Origin: Mesotaenium endlicherianum
Lineage: Eukaryota
Length of the DNA stretch: 33,178 nt
Reading direction: 5' to 3'
Assembly: GCA_009602735.1 (NCBI GenBank)
Contig: WELA01003638.1
Coordinates: 65,258 to 98,435, forward strand
Below the pieces are notes generated by a model that ran no database searches, was not told the DNA's origin, and saw nothing but the letters and a program-made list of their open reading frames with translations. Numbering within the stretch: the first letter of the stretch is position 1; every line of letters starts with the position of its first letter. Shown here piece by piece: positions 12,515-23,142 of this stretch. The translations under genes and the position numbers were made by a program.

Positions 12515-14812
12515 TTATAAGTGCCGTTTGGCAAGGGCACGAACTCTTGTATCAAAAAAGGGTGATGTAATCCTTGACCCCGGGACATGTAGAGGATTTG
12601 AAAGAACCTGGTAGAACAAAGAACGAAACACAACAAACATTCAGGAGAGAGACCAACTTGATGAAAACAAATCCACCATAACATGTTCTGTCCTCGTCCG
12701 GGAGCACGCAAACCATGGCAAGAATCAAAGGGTAGTCTTGCTGCACCTGGGACTGCTAAATTACCTCAAACAATATTCTCATTTAAACAATCTCAAAATA
12801 CTCAAGTACGCCACCGATCCCACAAAGTTGGACTTGGTTGTGTAGCAGAAAAACAGCTCTTGGAGGCCACATGACGCAACATGGAAAACATTTCATTAGC
12901 AGCAAGTAGAAGCTGCAGCTGTAACTGCTTGCCAGAAGATTGCCAGGCCCCCAATAGTGGACAAATACTTCTTCTGAGCATGTCTGTGACTTTTTGTATG
13001 AACCGCGAGTAGTCAGCAACTACACATGCACATCACTATACATGTACATTACTTCCAAGTTGTACATAGCAAAGGAATGAGTCTCATTGAACCCGTGATG
13101 AGGTGTACGTTGAGGAGCTAAAATGTGCACCTTGATGTAGAGCTCATGGACCTCCTGGAAAAAAGTCTTAATACCATCTTCATTCCTCGAGTCATGGAGG
13201 AGCATGAATCTGGTATGTGCTACAGGTCAAGGATTCTGAGGGTCTTAACGAACAAAAACAAATGTGCAATCATGGGGAAAAGGAATCACTTGAAGGAATT
13301 GATGCCCTCACGAGGATAGATCAATATTTAAATAACAAGAATAGAACCTCAATGTGCTAGCATGAAACACAGAAGGAGGCATGTCAAATTTTACACCGAC
13401 ATGCATGCTTCAAAAAGCTTACAACTCACTCAGAATAAGGTTAGTAAAAGGATATGACCAGCTGTAACGTAGACGGAAACTAGCAAGTCGTTGAACTTGT
13501 CCACCACCTTCAGATACCTGAAGATTGCACATCAGCAGCAAATCCTTGACCAGGTTTACAGTGGTACCCTGTGAACAGTTGCAAGAGGCTGATTCATTAT
13601 AAGCACTGTTATACGACTTCATCGCAGCTCCCCAGCTATAATAATAAGCGATCCCAACACACAAAACTACATCCTCGCGAAATAGGGAAGGTGGAGCAAC
13701 AAAGTAGGAAATGTGGAGCAAATACTTCTTGAACTGGCAGTAACCACACCAAAGCTTATTCTTTCCACGACAGCATCCCTTCTGCTCGAGCATATAGTCT
13801 TCAATGCAGTATGGAGGCCTAAGCCCGTTCCTAGAGAAACCACATACGTCTAGCAGCCTGCAGTGGCTGCCACAATCACCAGCTATACGACACTAGCATG
13901 TAACGTCAACACGACGCAGAAGGCAACTTACATATTGTTTGTAGTCCACACATAATCCTGCACGATGTCCATGGCAGCGTGCAATATAAATTGGTGCAAA
14001 TGCGCAGCCTCATCTTTCTGTACAAGGCAACAGTGATTGATAGGCAATCAGATAGCATGTCAAATATTACCGCCTGCTGAGAGCCGTACTAGCTGTAGAT
14101 GCACATTTCGACTATTGGACACTTACAAAAGTACATGCCAACAGTCTGTCATGAATATAAGTCCTCAATTACGGTTGCACCCCATATTTCAATCATATCT
14201 CATACCGCCAAATCCATGACCTCTTTAATATTGGTGTCATGAGACTAGATTCCAAAATGCCATCTGCCACCAAAGTAATCATGTGAACTGAAGCCAACTC
14301 TATAGAAAACCTCATTGTACACTGTTTTCTAACCAGCTTCATCAGCATTATCTTAGTTGACACAGTGTTAGAAACTTCATGCGTGGTTCTCCCCATGACA
14401 GGGCTCCCTTTCAATACTACAAAAGCCATATCTTCCCGTTGACCTACACATTTCTGACGACGGAAAACATTCAGATGATTGACCAGCCACTGACTATAGG
14501 CTGAAGTAAACACGGGAACTCCATCTAGGCCTGGTTCTATACTTCGTGCCATACCCACAATAGATATGCGCTCCATTCATAGCATACTACAACTCAAGAA
14601 AAGCTAACGAGATAGAGAGAAGCCGCCACATGTATACGAGCTTGCAGCCTTCGAATTGTAGAAGCTCATACTTACACCTAGTTCAATCATTTATGAGTGT
14701 CTTAAGTCAAGGGACAGAATAAGCACGACACCTTGGGAGATGAGCCGACTTCAGACTCGTATATAGGGTTGTCATTCCGTGCAACTATCACAAAACAAGC
14801 AGTGCTCGCCAT
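12515..14812 (-). CDS. TRAPPC2: Trafficking protein particle complex subunit 2 (sedlin/Trs20), 135 aa, 5 exons
   Basis: Exons 14812-14732, 14017-13932, 13517-13456, 13216-13131 and 12607-12515 splice to [135 protein letters not shown], a recognisable sedlin sequence. Confidence 0.96.
13217..13455 (-). other. U12-type (minor spliceosome) AT-AC intron in TRAPPC2
   Basis: On the minus strand the 5' splice site is |ATATCCTTTT. The branch point TCCTTGAC lies about 9 nt upstream of the 3' end ...TAGCAC|. Removing the intron restores the conserved [12 protein letters not shown] frame. Confidence 0.95.
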
Positions 14813-15068
14813 GTCGCTGAGAAAATTCCTTCACTATGTCTTTTCAATTCCTACATTCGTCAAGATGCCGCTTAATACTACACATGTCAGCCTAATACAA
14901 CGCATATAACGCCACTGTAAATTTCTTAGGTGACATAGAGGGATGGTCTCTAGAACACTAGGTGACAACACACACCACCGCACTAAACAAAACAGCATGC
15001 GCGAAAACTGATTGAACGAATGAAACACTGGCCCTAGCTTGCATGCGTCTTAATAGATACCGAGACCC
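14813..15068. promoter_or_regulatory. Compact divergent (bidirectional) promoter/5'UTR region
   Basis: Only 256 bp separate the TRAPPC2 ATG (14812, minus) and the plus-strand gene ATG (15069). Inferred from the head-to-head layout; no TSS data. Confidence 0.55.
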
Positions 15069-16274
15069 ATGCGGATTTCGAGTGCTTTAGTGGCCGTATG
15101 CCTTTTGATCCCACTTTTGGTATGCCCAGTGCAAAGCAAGGCTACTGTCAATGAGTCCGGGCTCCTTCGCAAAAATGATGCTCCTTCAGACAAGGCGGCA
15201 CAGCTGGTGATTAATATGGGCGGAAAAGAAGACAAAGTACAGGATCCTGTGCAAGAGTCCGGAAGTATGCAGAAGGAAGTGTTAGCTTTGCCCTCTGTTG
15301 CACCAGGGACAACGTTTGTGGAGGTCAATGGGAACAGTGTATCTTTGAGGGACAAGTTAGGCCCACTAGTCGTGCAGGTATGAGTGCGCTACCTTCTTGC
15401 ATCCATCAACTCCCTGAGCACTAATTGCCTTCCAAACAAAACGATTCTGCACAAGCCTAAGCTTGTGTACACAGGCTCCGAGATACAACCTGCACCTCCA
15501 TGCCGCGCAAGTTGTCATATTGCAATCTGTACTCACTTCCAAGGGGCATGCGGAGTGAGGATATGTATATTCTCTTCAGACAGTAAGTTGCACACGAAGA
15601 CGGCCTTTGCCATGCAGACTAACGATTGGGGGCGTTCCACAAATTTGTGTGAGAAGGTCTTTGATACAGCTTTTTGTGGCTCAAACAGTCAGTGATTTGC
15701 AAAAGGGGAGAGTGGGACTTCCTCAACTCTTTCAATGTATTGGGCATCCATATATCGTATTGCACAGACCGCAGGCTGTTGTTTGTAACGAATCCATGTC
15801 ATACAAGTAGCAAGTGTGAACCAGCTCGCTGTTTAATTCAAGGGAAGTATTACTACTGCCAATTTTTTGTGTTCTGATGTATCAGCAATTACGATGTATT
15901 CCTGTGAGTATCCTGGCATTAGAACACATATAATTTCAGTGGAGTCACATATTAGAGAATTCTCCAAACAGGGTGTCACTGGCTGGTCCAGACTGGACCC
16001 AGTCCAACGTAGGTCAGTATGGTGAACAAAGTGGGCTGACATGTGGCAGGAGGACGGCAGCCTGCAGAGAATCACCAACTGGGAGGATATGACAGATGAG
16101 GAAAAGGCTAGGACAATTCGTGTACTTACAAAGCGAAACAAGTTGCGGTTGAATGCCCTCAAGGGACAAAACTTAGCAGCAGACAGAGCTCAACAAGCAG
16201 ATGGCTCAGAGGAAGACATTTCAGGGTCAGCGGTCCCTCCGCAGCCATCTCCTGTGCCTCGGGAGGAGCTATAG
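15069..16274 (+). CDS. Uncharacterised ~177-aa protein with predicted N-terminal signal peptide and a conserved-looking 'LGP(L/M)VV..DG(S/T)L.RI.NW..MT..E...T.RVL.KRN..RL' domain
   Basis: Exons are 15069-15377 (CAG|GTATGA) and 16050-16274 (GGCAG|GAG...TAG). The N-terminus is hydrophobic (MRISSALVAVCLLIPLLVCPVQS). The splice joins the motif VSLRDKLGPLVVQ-EDGSLQRITNWEDMTDEEKARTIRVLTKRNKLRLNALK, which I recall from uncharacterised fungal/algal proteins. Confidence 0.8.
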
Positions 16275-16921
16275 GTGAGTGAGTTTTGTGCCAGGCTGTA
16301 TGTATCACTATTCTTTCTTCTGTCGATATTTAGGTTGGTTCAACCATTGCGAAACTTGTAGCAAGTGTTGTTGGAGGATGTGATACTTTATGCATCTGTC
16401 AGCGGCTGTGACAGGTAGGAAGAGCTAGTGCTTCTAAGGAAGCTAAGGTAAAGGTCGTAGACTGTCTCTGATGACGACATTGTTCTCCAAGGTGCCAGTT
16501 TTTGCATGACGCTCTTGCTTCTTGCATGCAGTCAGGCTTGCCCTGGGCCTGAATATGTTAGTGCTCTGTGCATTTCCAATGCTGCCCAAAGTTCCTGACT
16601 GCCTCTGACGCTGTCATCAAGCTCTCGCTTTGTGCACTTGTGTATAAGGACCAAGGGCTGTCAATACATGCAGAGGGCCCACACCTCTAGAAGCACTAGC
16701 AATGACTGTTTGCACTGGACACAAAACTCTGTCTAGAGTGCATTCAATCGGCTAATCTGACTGGACATGTCGCAGTTGCTCATGTGTTGTTACGAGTTAC
16801 CATCTCCGTGCAAATCGACCAAGCAGTCGTAAGCAAAGTCCAGTAAACACAATATAGAACTCATCTGCAATGACCTCCCTCCCGACAATTCTTTGTCTAC
16901 CTTATTCGCTACTCATCCCCC

Positions 16922-19900
16922 TCATGTATCTGCAGCACGACCTTCAACTGATGCACGCCCCTCTTCGGAAAGTCCTCTAGGGGCCGCCTTCATCAAGCAC
17001 GCGAGAAGATTGGTCGATTCCAGGCTGAGGGAAGGATCAGCGTGCAGTGCCATAGTCTCGAGTGTGACAATAAGCTTCGACAGAGCTTTTAACTCCACAG
17101 CTCGTAGACTTGATGCTGCAAACTGCACAGCTGGCAAAGTTATGTTAGTGTCCTACCAAAGTTAGCCATTAGTGACCAGAAAGCCACCTCCCATGGCTGT
17201 CCTGTAAAGGCGGGCAGGACAATCAAAGCCGTGGCTGACAGCCCTGGAGAACAAGCCCTAGCCAGCCGTTGTACCACAAGTCATGCTCTTTGTGTGCGTG
17301 GCCAACTCACAAAACTCTGTATCCATCCTTTACTCTAACACCCCAATTAAGCCCTCAGACTGATGCATCAATGTACAAGTAGTGGCACTGCTGTGCTCTA
17401 GCACCCAGCATGCCTTGCAGCCTGGCTCTGCCGCATGCGTCCAGCCGCCCAAGCCAAGCCTTCATACAGCTTCAGTCACAATGCACAACGGTTCCCAGCC
17501 ACCGCACATTAACAGGTACAGACAGCTCCAATATTGGAAAGAGAGAACACACAGAGAACAAGCTGACTAGCACGGGCGGCTCGGAGATGACGGCAGCTTG
17601 GCTTACGCAAGAGAGGGCTCTGAGGGACCAGAGCTGCACTGACACGGCCGCGCCAGCAGCTGCCAGCACGTCTACAAGCGGCTCCAGCTCGGCGACAGAG
17701 AGTCCTGCAACGCGGCCAGCTGCCGGCGCCAGCTGGCAGATGCAAGCCAGAGCTGCCGCTTGCACTTCCGCCCGAGGCTCCAGGGCAGCGCGTCGGATCA
17801 AAAGGCGGATCTGGCAGTGCAGGCCAGCCACATCAGCATGTTAAGGTCAGCGCCCAGCGGGAATTACTTGCTCTGAGACTGTCGTGAAACAGCTAGCTCC
17901 TCCCGAAGTATAAAATATACATGTGATACACCTGTTCCTGCTGACAACAACTACCTCCTCCCTCCCCTCTCCTCCGCCCCCCCACCCTCTTGTCTCACTA
18001 GTGTATGCAAGCAGACTTTGGCATTTGCTGCCAATCCACATTCGACGTGCAAACCCCACGCCAAGTCTCGACCAACACTGTGGCTAGAGTGCCCTGTAGC
18101 TCTGACTAACTAGAGCTTGTATCTGAGACTGCCAACAGTCTCCGTCAGACAGACTGCCTTATATGCTTTGGGACATGCGCTCATACCCCGCCTCCCCTCC
18201 CCCCTGCCTGCCAGAGCCTCTCTGAAGCCGTGCATGAGACAGGCAAATCGCAACAAGAAACCTCTAATACTCTCCTCCGGAGTCTGCACCGTGCACTTGT
18301 GCCATGCCCGCAAGGTAGCACGCAGGCCAAGGCGATATGCGCCTCCTCTTCTCCAGCGCTAACATTCGAGCAGCTTACACATACAAGCCTGAAAACTACA
18401 AACGCACAGGAATGCACGTGCATGCTACGACTCTTACATTTCCTCCCTCTCTCCAGTTTGTTAGGTGCACAGAAACACACGTGCGTACAGTGACTTCTGT
18501 CTTTCCTCTCTTTTTCCCGTTTGCTGTTGCAAGGAGCACACCAAACACAAGAGAAATGTCATGCAATTGTATGTCTCTAGACAGTATCTACAACACGCTT
18601 GCACACGAGCCCTAGGAGGAGGGCATGCAAGTCGACACCACCTGGCGAGGCAGGGTGATGATGCAGTCTGACGCGAGCGCAGTCAGCGCTGACAGCGCGC
18701 TCACAACACACGCCTGCTCCGCATTGTGCACCACAAGCGCCTGCTCTCCTATCTGCACAAGGTAGTCGGAATGTGCGCGCGTGGGTGCTTGAGCGCCAGA
18801 AGAGACAGGGCACCTTTTTCAGGGCGGGCGACCGCCTGCCCTGCTGGCCCATTGGAGCTGACCCCTGGGAAGAGGTCCACACCAACCAGGACTCACTCTC
18901 CCACACGTCCTCCGGGACTCGCAGCTACTGAGTGTCTGCAAGCGCCTGAGCTCTCAACTTCCTGTCTCTGCTGCTCACGCGGGCTCTGCGCGGGGCCTGA
19001 ATGCCGAGGATGGGGATCAAGCCTGGTCCAGAGAGACACAGAATTTTGCAACTAGAAAGGACATCACCCTACGAGAGTTTACCTGTGTCCACCGCGCACA
19101 TGCTCCTACTATCAAATATGGCGACAGAGACTGATCAGATCAGAAGGCACATACAAGACTGCGGAAGGGGTAACTCGGAGCACGATGTGCGGGAGAGACC
19201 TGAGGCAAACCAGAGAAAGGAAAAAAAACACATGAAAGAGCACAGCCGCAGGATTGGCAGCAGCCACATGCAAACACACAGCTGTGTGTGGACACAACTA
19301 TATGCGAAATGTGGGCACCCAAGCCTGAGCGAGAAGACTCTGTCCCTCGCTCTCTCTGGCCAGCAGATTTCTTCAACCCCCGCCCTGCGGACAACCACCA
19401 GTCAGGATCATCCTATCCACTTGGCGACTGGAAGGGCACCTGCAGGGCTTGCAGAGCCAATGCAGATGTGTGCGTCAGCCTGGGGAGCAGCCAGATGGCG
19501 CGCCGCCACAGGCCTGGGGGCGTCCCTGTCCCCGTCAGCACGCCCGCCAGCTTGCTCAGCAGGGTCTTTGCAAAAGTTGCGGAGGCGTCGCACAGAAATG
19601 CGGCTGCAAAGTACGCCGCCTCGGCCTGCCGCAGGAGCACCACCTCCTCCAGCAGCACCACCACCACCACCAGCAGCAGCAGGACCACCACCAGCACCAG
19701 CAGCACCAATACTACCGTCAGCAACAGCAGCAATAGCAGCAGCAGCACTGCAAGGATGAGTAATCCCCATGCGAGAAGCATGTGCTCCAGAGCACACCCC
19801 CTCAGATTCCAATATTTCATAAGCAGCAGCACCGCAGCATGAGCACGCCTAGCCTGCCAGATGTACCCGGCTGCCACCTACGCCCCCTCAGCTTGAGGCA

Positions 19901-22034
19901 CCCCTATCAGCAGCAGCAGCAACAGCAGCAACAGCAGCAGCAGTTCGAGGATACGAGCTCGACACGACCAGTGTGCAAGCGCAACCGCACCTCTTCCAGG
20001 TGGCGCGACGTCAGCCCCTCGAGCATGAGCCTGTGCGTCTCCAGGCTGCCGCCCGCCAGGCGGGCCAAGCAACCGATGGCACGAAACGCCAGCGCGCGCG
20101 CCGTCGCGTCGTGTGACGCCAGCAGCACGCTCCTCACCCTCTTCACCGACAGGCCCGCATTCAGGAGCCTCTCAGGCACCAGCAAAGCCCCCCCTCCCCC
20201 TCCTCCTCCTCCACCCCTTTCCCTCCTTCTCTTCCTGCTCCTGCTCCTGCTCCTGCTCGTCCAAGTAACTTCATCTGGGGGCACGAGCGCGCTGCAGGCC
20301 GACTCCCGGGGGCCCCGCTGAGAAGAGGACATGCGCGCCAACACCTGGCATGCGCTGGTTGTTCCCCCTGCTGGGACGAAGGCAAGCTCCCCTCCAGGAC
20401 CTTCTCGTCCCCACGCAGACGCCGACGCCCACGGCAGCTCCTCATCAGCGCTGTCCTCCATGTCCATATCCGGGCCCCGCTGTCTCACGCTTCCAATGGC
20501 TGCCGATGCCGACGCATGCACCGTGACGGGCGCAGCTGCTCTCCCGTCGTGTGCCAGAAAAGAGAAGCCGCTTGGAGCCGCCTCCTCTGCAGGCGTGCCA
20601 AGAGGACGCCGGCTGCCCCCAGCCTGAGCCTCCTCCCGCGTGTCTAACAAGCAGTCCTGATGGAGTCCGAGAGATTCCCCGCTCCCCATCCCCCCCTCCC
20701 CCTCNCATGAAGTTGGAGCCCGTGCGGAAGGCGTCCGTGAGGCGCAGCAGGGCCGCGTTGGCCAGGGGGAGGTCGCAGCTGGGCTCCAGGCCCTGCGCCA
20801 GCGCAGCCTCGGGCGTCAGCACGGGCTCCCTGCCCCACCGCAGCAGGCGGGGGCCCATCTTCAGGATGGTCTCGCATGCCACACCTGGCAGACAATCGGA
20901 GGGGCGCGGAGGAGGGGGGCGTCACACAGAATGCTGGCGGAGGTGCGAGGGAAGGGGATGGTGAAGGGGGGGGAGGGTGGGGAGGGGATACGAGCGGGAG
21001 TGGGGAATCTCACCTAGCAAGGGCGTGGCACCCAGGAGGGTGCGCCAAATCATCCCAGGACGTGTGAATGTCAAATCAGCTCATTACGCGTTTGGATATA
21101 TACATTGAGGGAGCTTATGTGCGCGTTCTCTGCCCGTGCTCGTGGGCTGCGGGCAGTAGCGAGGACTGGCTGGAAAACGCTGGCGGAGCCCCCAAGTGCC
21201 GCTACTAACCCAGTCCGAGCAGAGCAGAGCAGAGCAGCAGTCTGTGCGTGGGGCCAGGGAAGTGATTCTCTGCAGGGAAGTGAGGGAGGGGCAATGGGAG
21301 TCACCAGGGCCAAGGTGCAGCAGCTAGGGATTGAGTCCCCTGCAAAGAGGTGTGCAGTGACTCGCAGGGGGGCACGGTGAACCTTCCATGATAGTGCATG
21401 TGCCCGGCCACCGTGTTGTCAGCGGACACGGCAGGGCCGAGCTGTACACTTGATCCTCTTCGGCCATAGCCATATGTCACGACAAAGCGGCAGACAGTGA
21501 CCCCCCCAGCTTGCAGCTAGCAGGGGTTGCCACGAGCCTCCTGTCAGTGCCCGTGTTCCCTTTGCTCAAGATGCCCCCAGCTCTTAACCCTCAAATTGGA
21601 TCACAATGACCTTGAAGCTCAGCTGCGCACTATGAGCTTGACAGCAGTGGCGCCAGCCACTTCCGAGTGGCTCCCAAGTGGCAAACGTCAGCTGCGTTCC
21701 ACTTACTCATAGGTAGTGCTAAAAGAGAAAGTTCGGGTTGGTATCTCTCTACCCATTTTCACAAGGAAATTCTTGCAGGTGGCTGGGTCTTTCTCTCTCC
21801 CTCTCTCTCTCATAAGGGATCCTCTGGCACTGGGGACAGTCAGTGCTGGATGCTTGCTGAGACGTGCAAGGTAGTCTCAAAAAGGGTGGGCGTGCACCCT
21901 ACATTGCCGATAGGCAGGTGTGAAGAGGACCAACCTGGCTTGGAGGATCGCAGGCCGCGGTCGAGCTCCACGCTCCACCCCACGGCAGCACCCGCACACG
22001 TGCCAGGGACAGGCTGGGTCGCACTTGTTGCCAT
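16922..22034 (-). CDS. INTS7: Integrator complex subunit 7-like (plant DSP1), N-terminal HEAT/ARM half; apparently truncated and interrupted by an assembly N
   Basis: Exons are 22034-21935, 20884-19991 (frame break at N 20705), 19625-19440, 18752-18642, 17810-17607 and about 17122-16922. Motifs seen: GWSVELDRGLRSSKPG, LANAALLRLTDAFRTGSNF, VKRVRSVLLASHDATARALAFRAIGCLA, EAEAAYFAAAFLCDASATFA, VVSALSALTALASDCIITLPRQIRLLIRRAALEPRAEVQ. These parallel the recalled INTS7 motifs INSAFLKLADVFRVGNNF, SNDPVARAITLR, EVEAAVFAAANF and PKQIQLLLQYLKNDPRKAV. The 3' end is uncertain. Confidence 0.85.
19640..19750. repeat. Imperfect (CAC/CAG)n trinucleotide microsatellite in an INTS7 intron
   Basis: ccacctcctccagcagcaccaccaccaccaccagcagcagc...cagcagcaatagcagcagcagc; a second (CAG/CAA)n run lies at about 19908-19943. 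Confidence 0.8.
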
Positions 22035-23142
22035 TCTGTCGCTCCATGAAGTAAAGGCAGCATCCTGGAGCCTCGGCCCCTCTTGACGCCCCATGGGGAA
22101 GGAGCTCACCTGTCTTAGTTTGCTTATACTCAGAACAAAGTTTATCCTTGCATGAATGATTGCACTCAAAGGGCAAAGATTGGCAATGGGCCTGACAGGA
22201 TGAAATTAAGAGGACCTGCCCTTGCAGAAGCTGCTACGCTTCCCACTGACAGCCTCACAAATTGGGCAATATACCATTCCGTCTCAGCCACAAGTTACGG
22301 TATTATTGCAATGCTGAGCAATGAGGTGATTCACATTAGCTTGTAGAGGGCCCTCTAGCACGAGTATTGTATTACCACCGACGAACCACAAAATGCGTAG
22401 TCACTGACGGGTTTTAGAAATGTATCGCGCCTTCATGCTACCATATAATGCTCATCAACGTAGCGGACTTGCATGTGGATGACAGATAGTCACATGGTTA
22501 ATTGCACTTCATGCATGGGCACATGTTACACTAAGTTTTGGCCGGTTAAGTCAGGAGCAAGAAAGAGAGGACTGACACAATATCAATCAGATTACTCGCT
22601 CGTGACGAAACTATAGACAGTGAATGGACACTTTCGTCGGATCGTAAAGTGGCTAACTATTTGACGGCCAAAATTGTGGCCCTGTTTTCTGAAGCGAGCA
22701 GGTTGTCGAATCTGGCCGAACCGCTTCTCGAATCTCCATTCTGCATGCTTTACATTCAGGAAAGTACTTAAGCAAAGAGTGCAAGATATTTACAAATGTT
22801 TGCCCCGGGCCTCGGATACACCGACAATTCGTCTCCTGTCGTCTCCGTGCTCTGCAATTCAATCGAGCTGCCCTCTGCTGGCTTGCCCCAGGCCACCCCA
22901 GGCTGCCCTGCAGCTGTGTGGGTCATGCGACCGCGAACTTGAGTGACGTGAAAGCATCTTCAACGCATTGCTGGAGAAGCGTCAGTCAATGAACTGCAGG
23001 AGGAGAGTTGATACATCGGAATTTCGCCTCCGACTGCCTTGAGGGATGACGTGAATCCTCCTTGTTGCTTGCATTATCTCTTAAGTTGCGTACTTGGACT
23101 ATTACTTGATAGGCAGCTTCACTTGGGACAGTCTGGCATACG

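Noticed and set aside
16424..16700. 13-bp perfect inverted repeat (gctagtgcttcta / tagaagcactagc), possible MITE
   Set aside because: No target-site duplication and no second copy in the window; one such match is plausible by chance.
16500..16921. In-frame stops after the INTS7 exon as possible stop-codon reassignment or readthrough
   Set aside because: All three stop types occur at roughly random frequency, and the other genes in the window end on standard TAA/TAG stops.
19408..19990. Poly-Q/poly-H/poly-L/poly-C ORFs
   Set aside because: Mostly intronic CAG/CAC microsatellites; only 19440-19625 is a real INTS7 exon.
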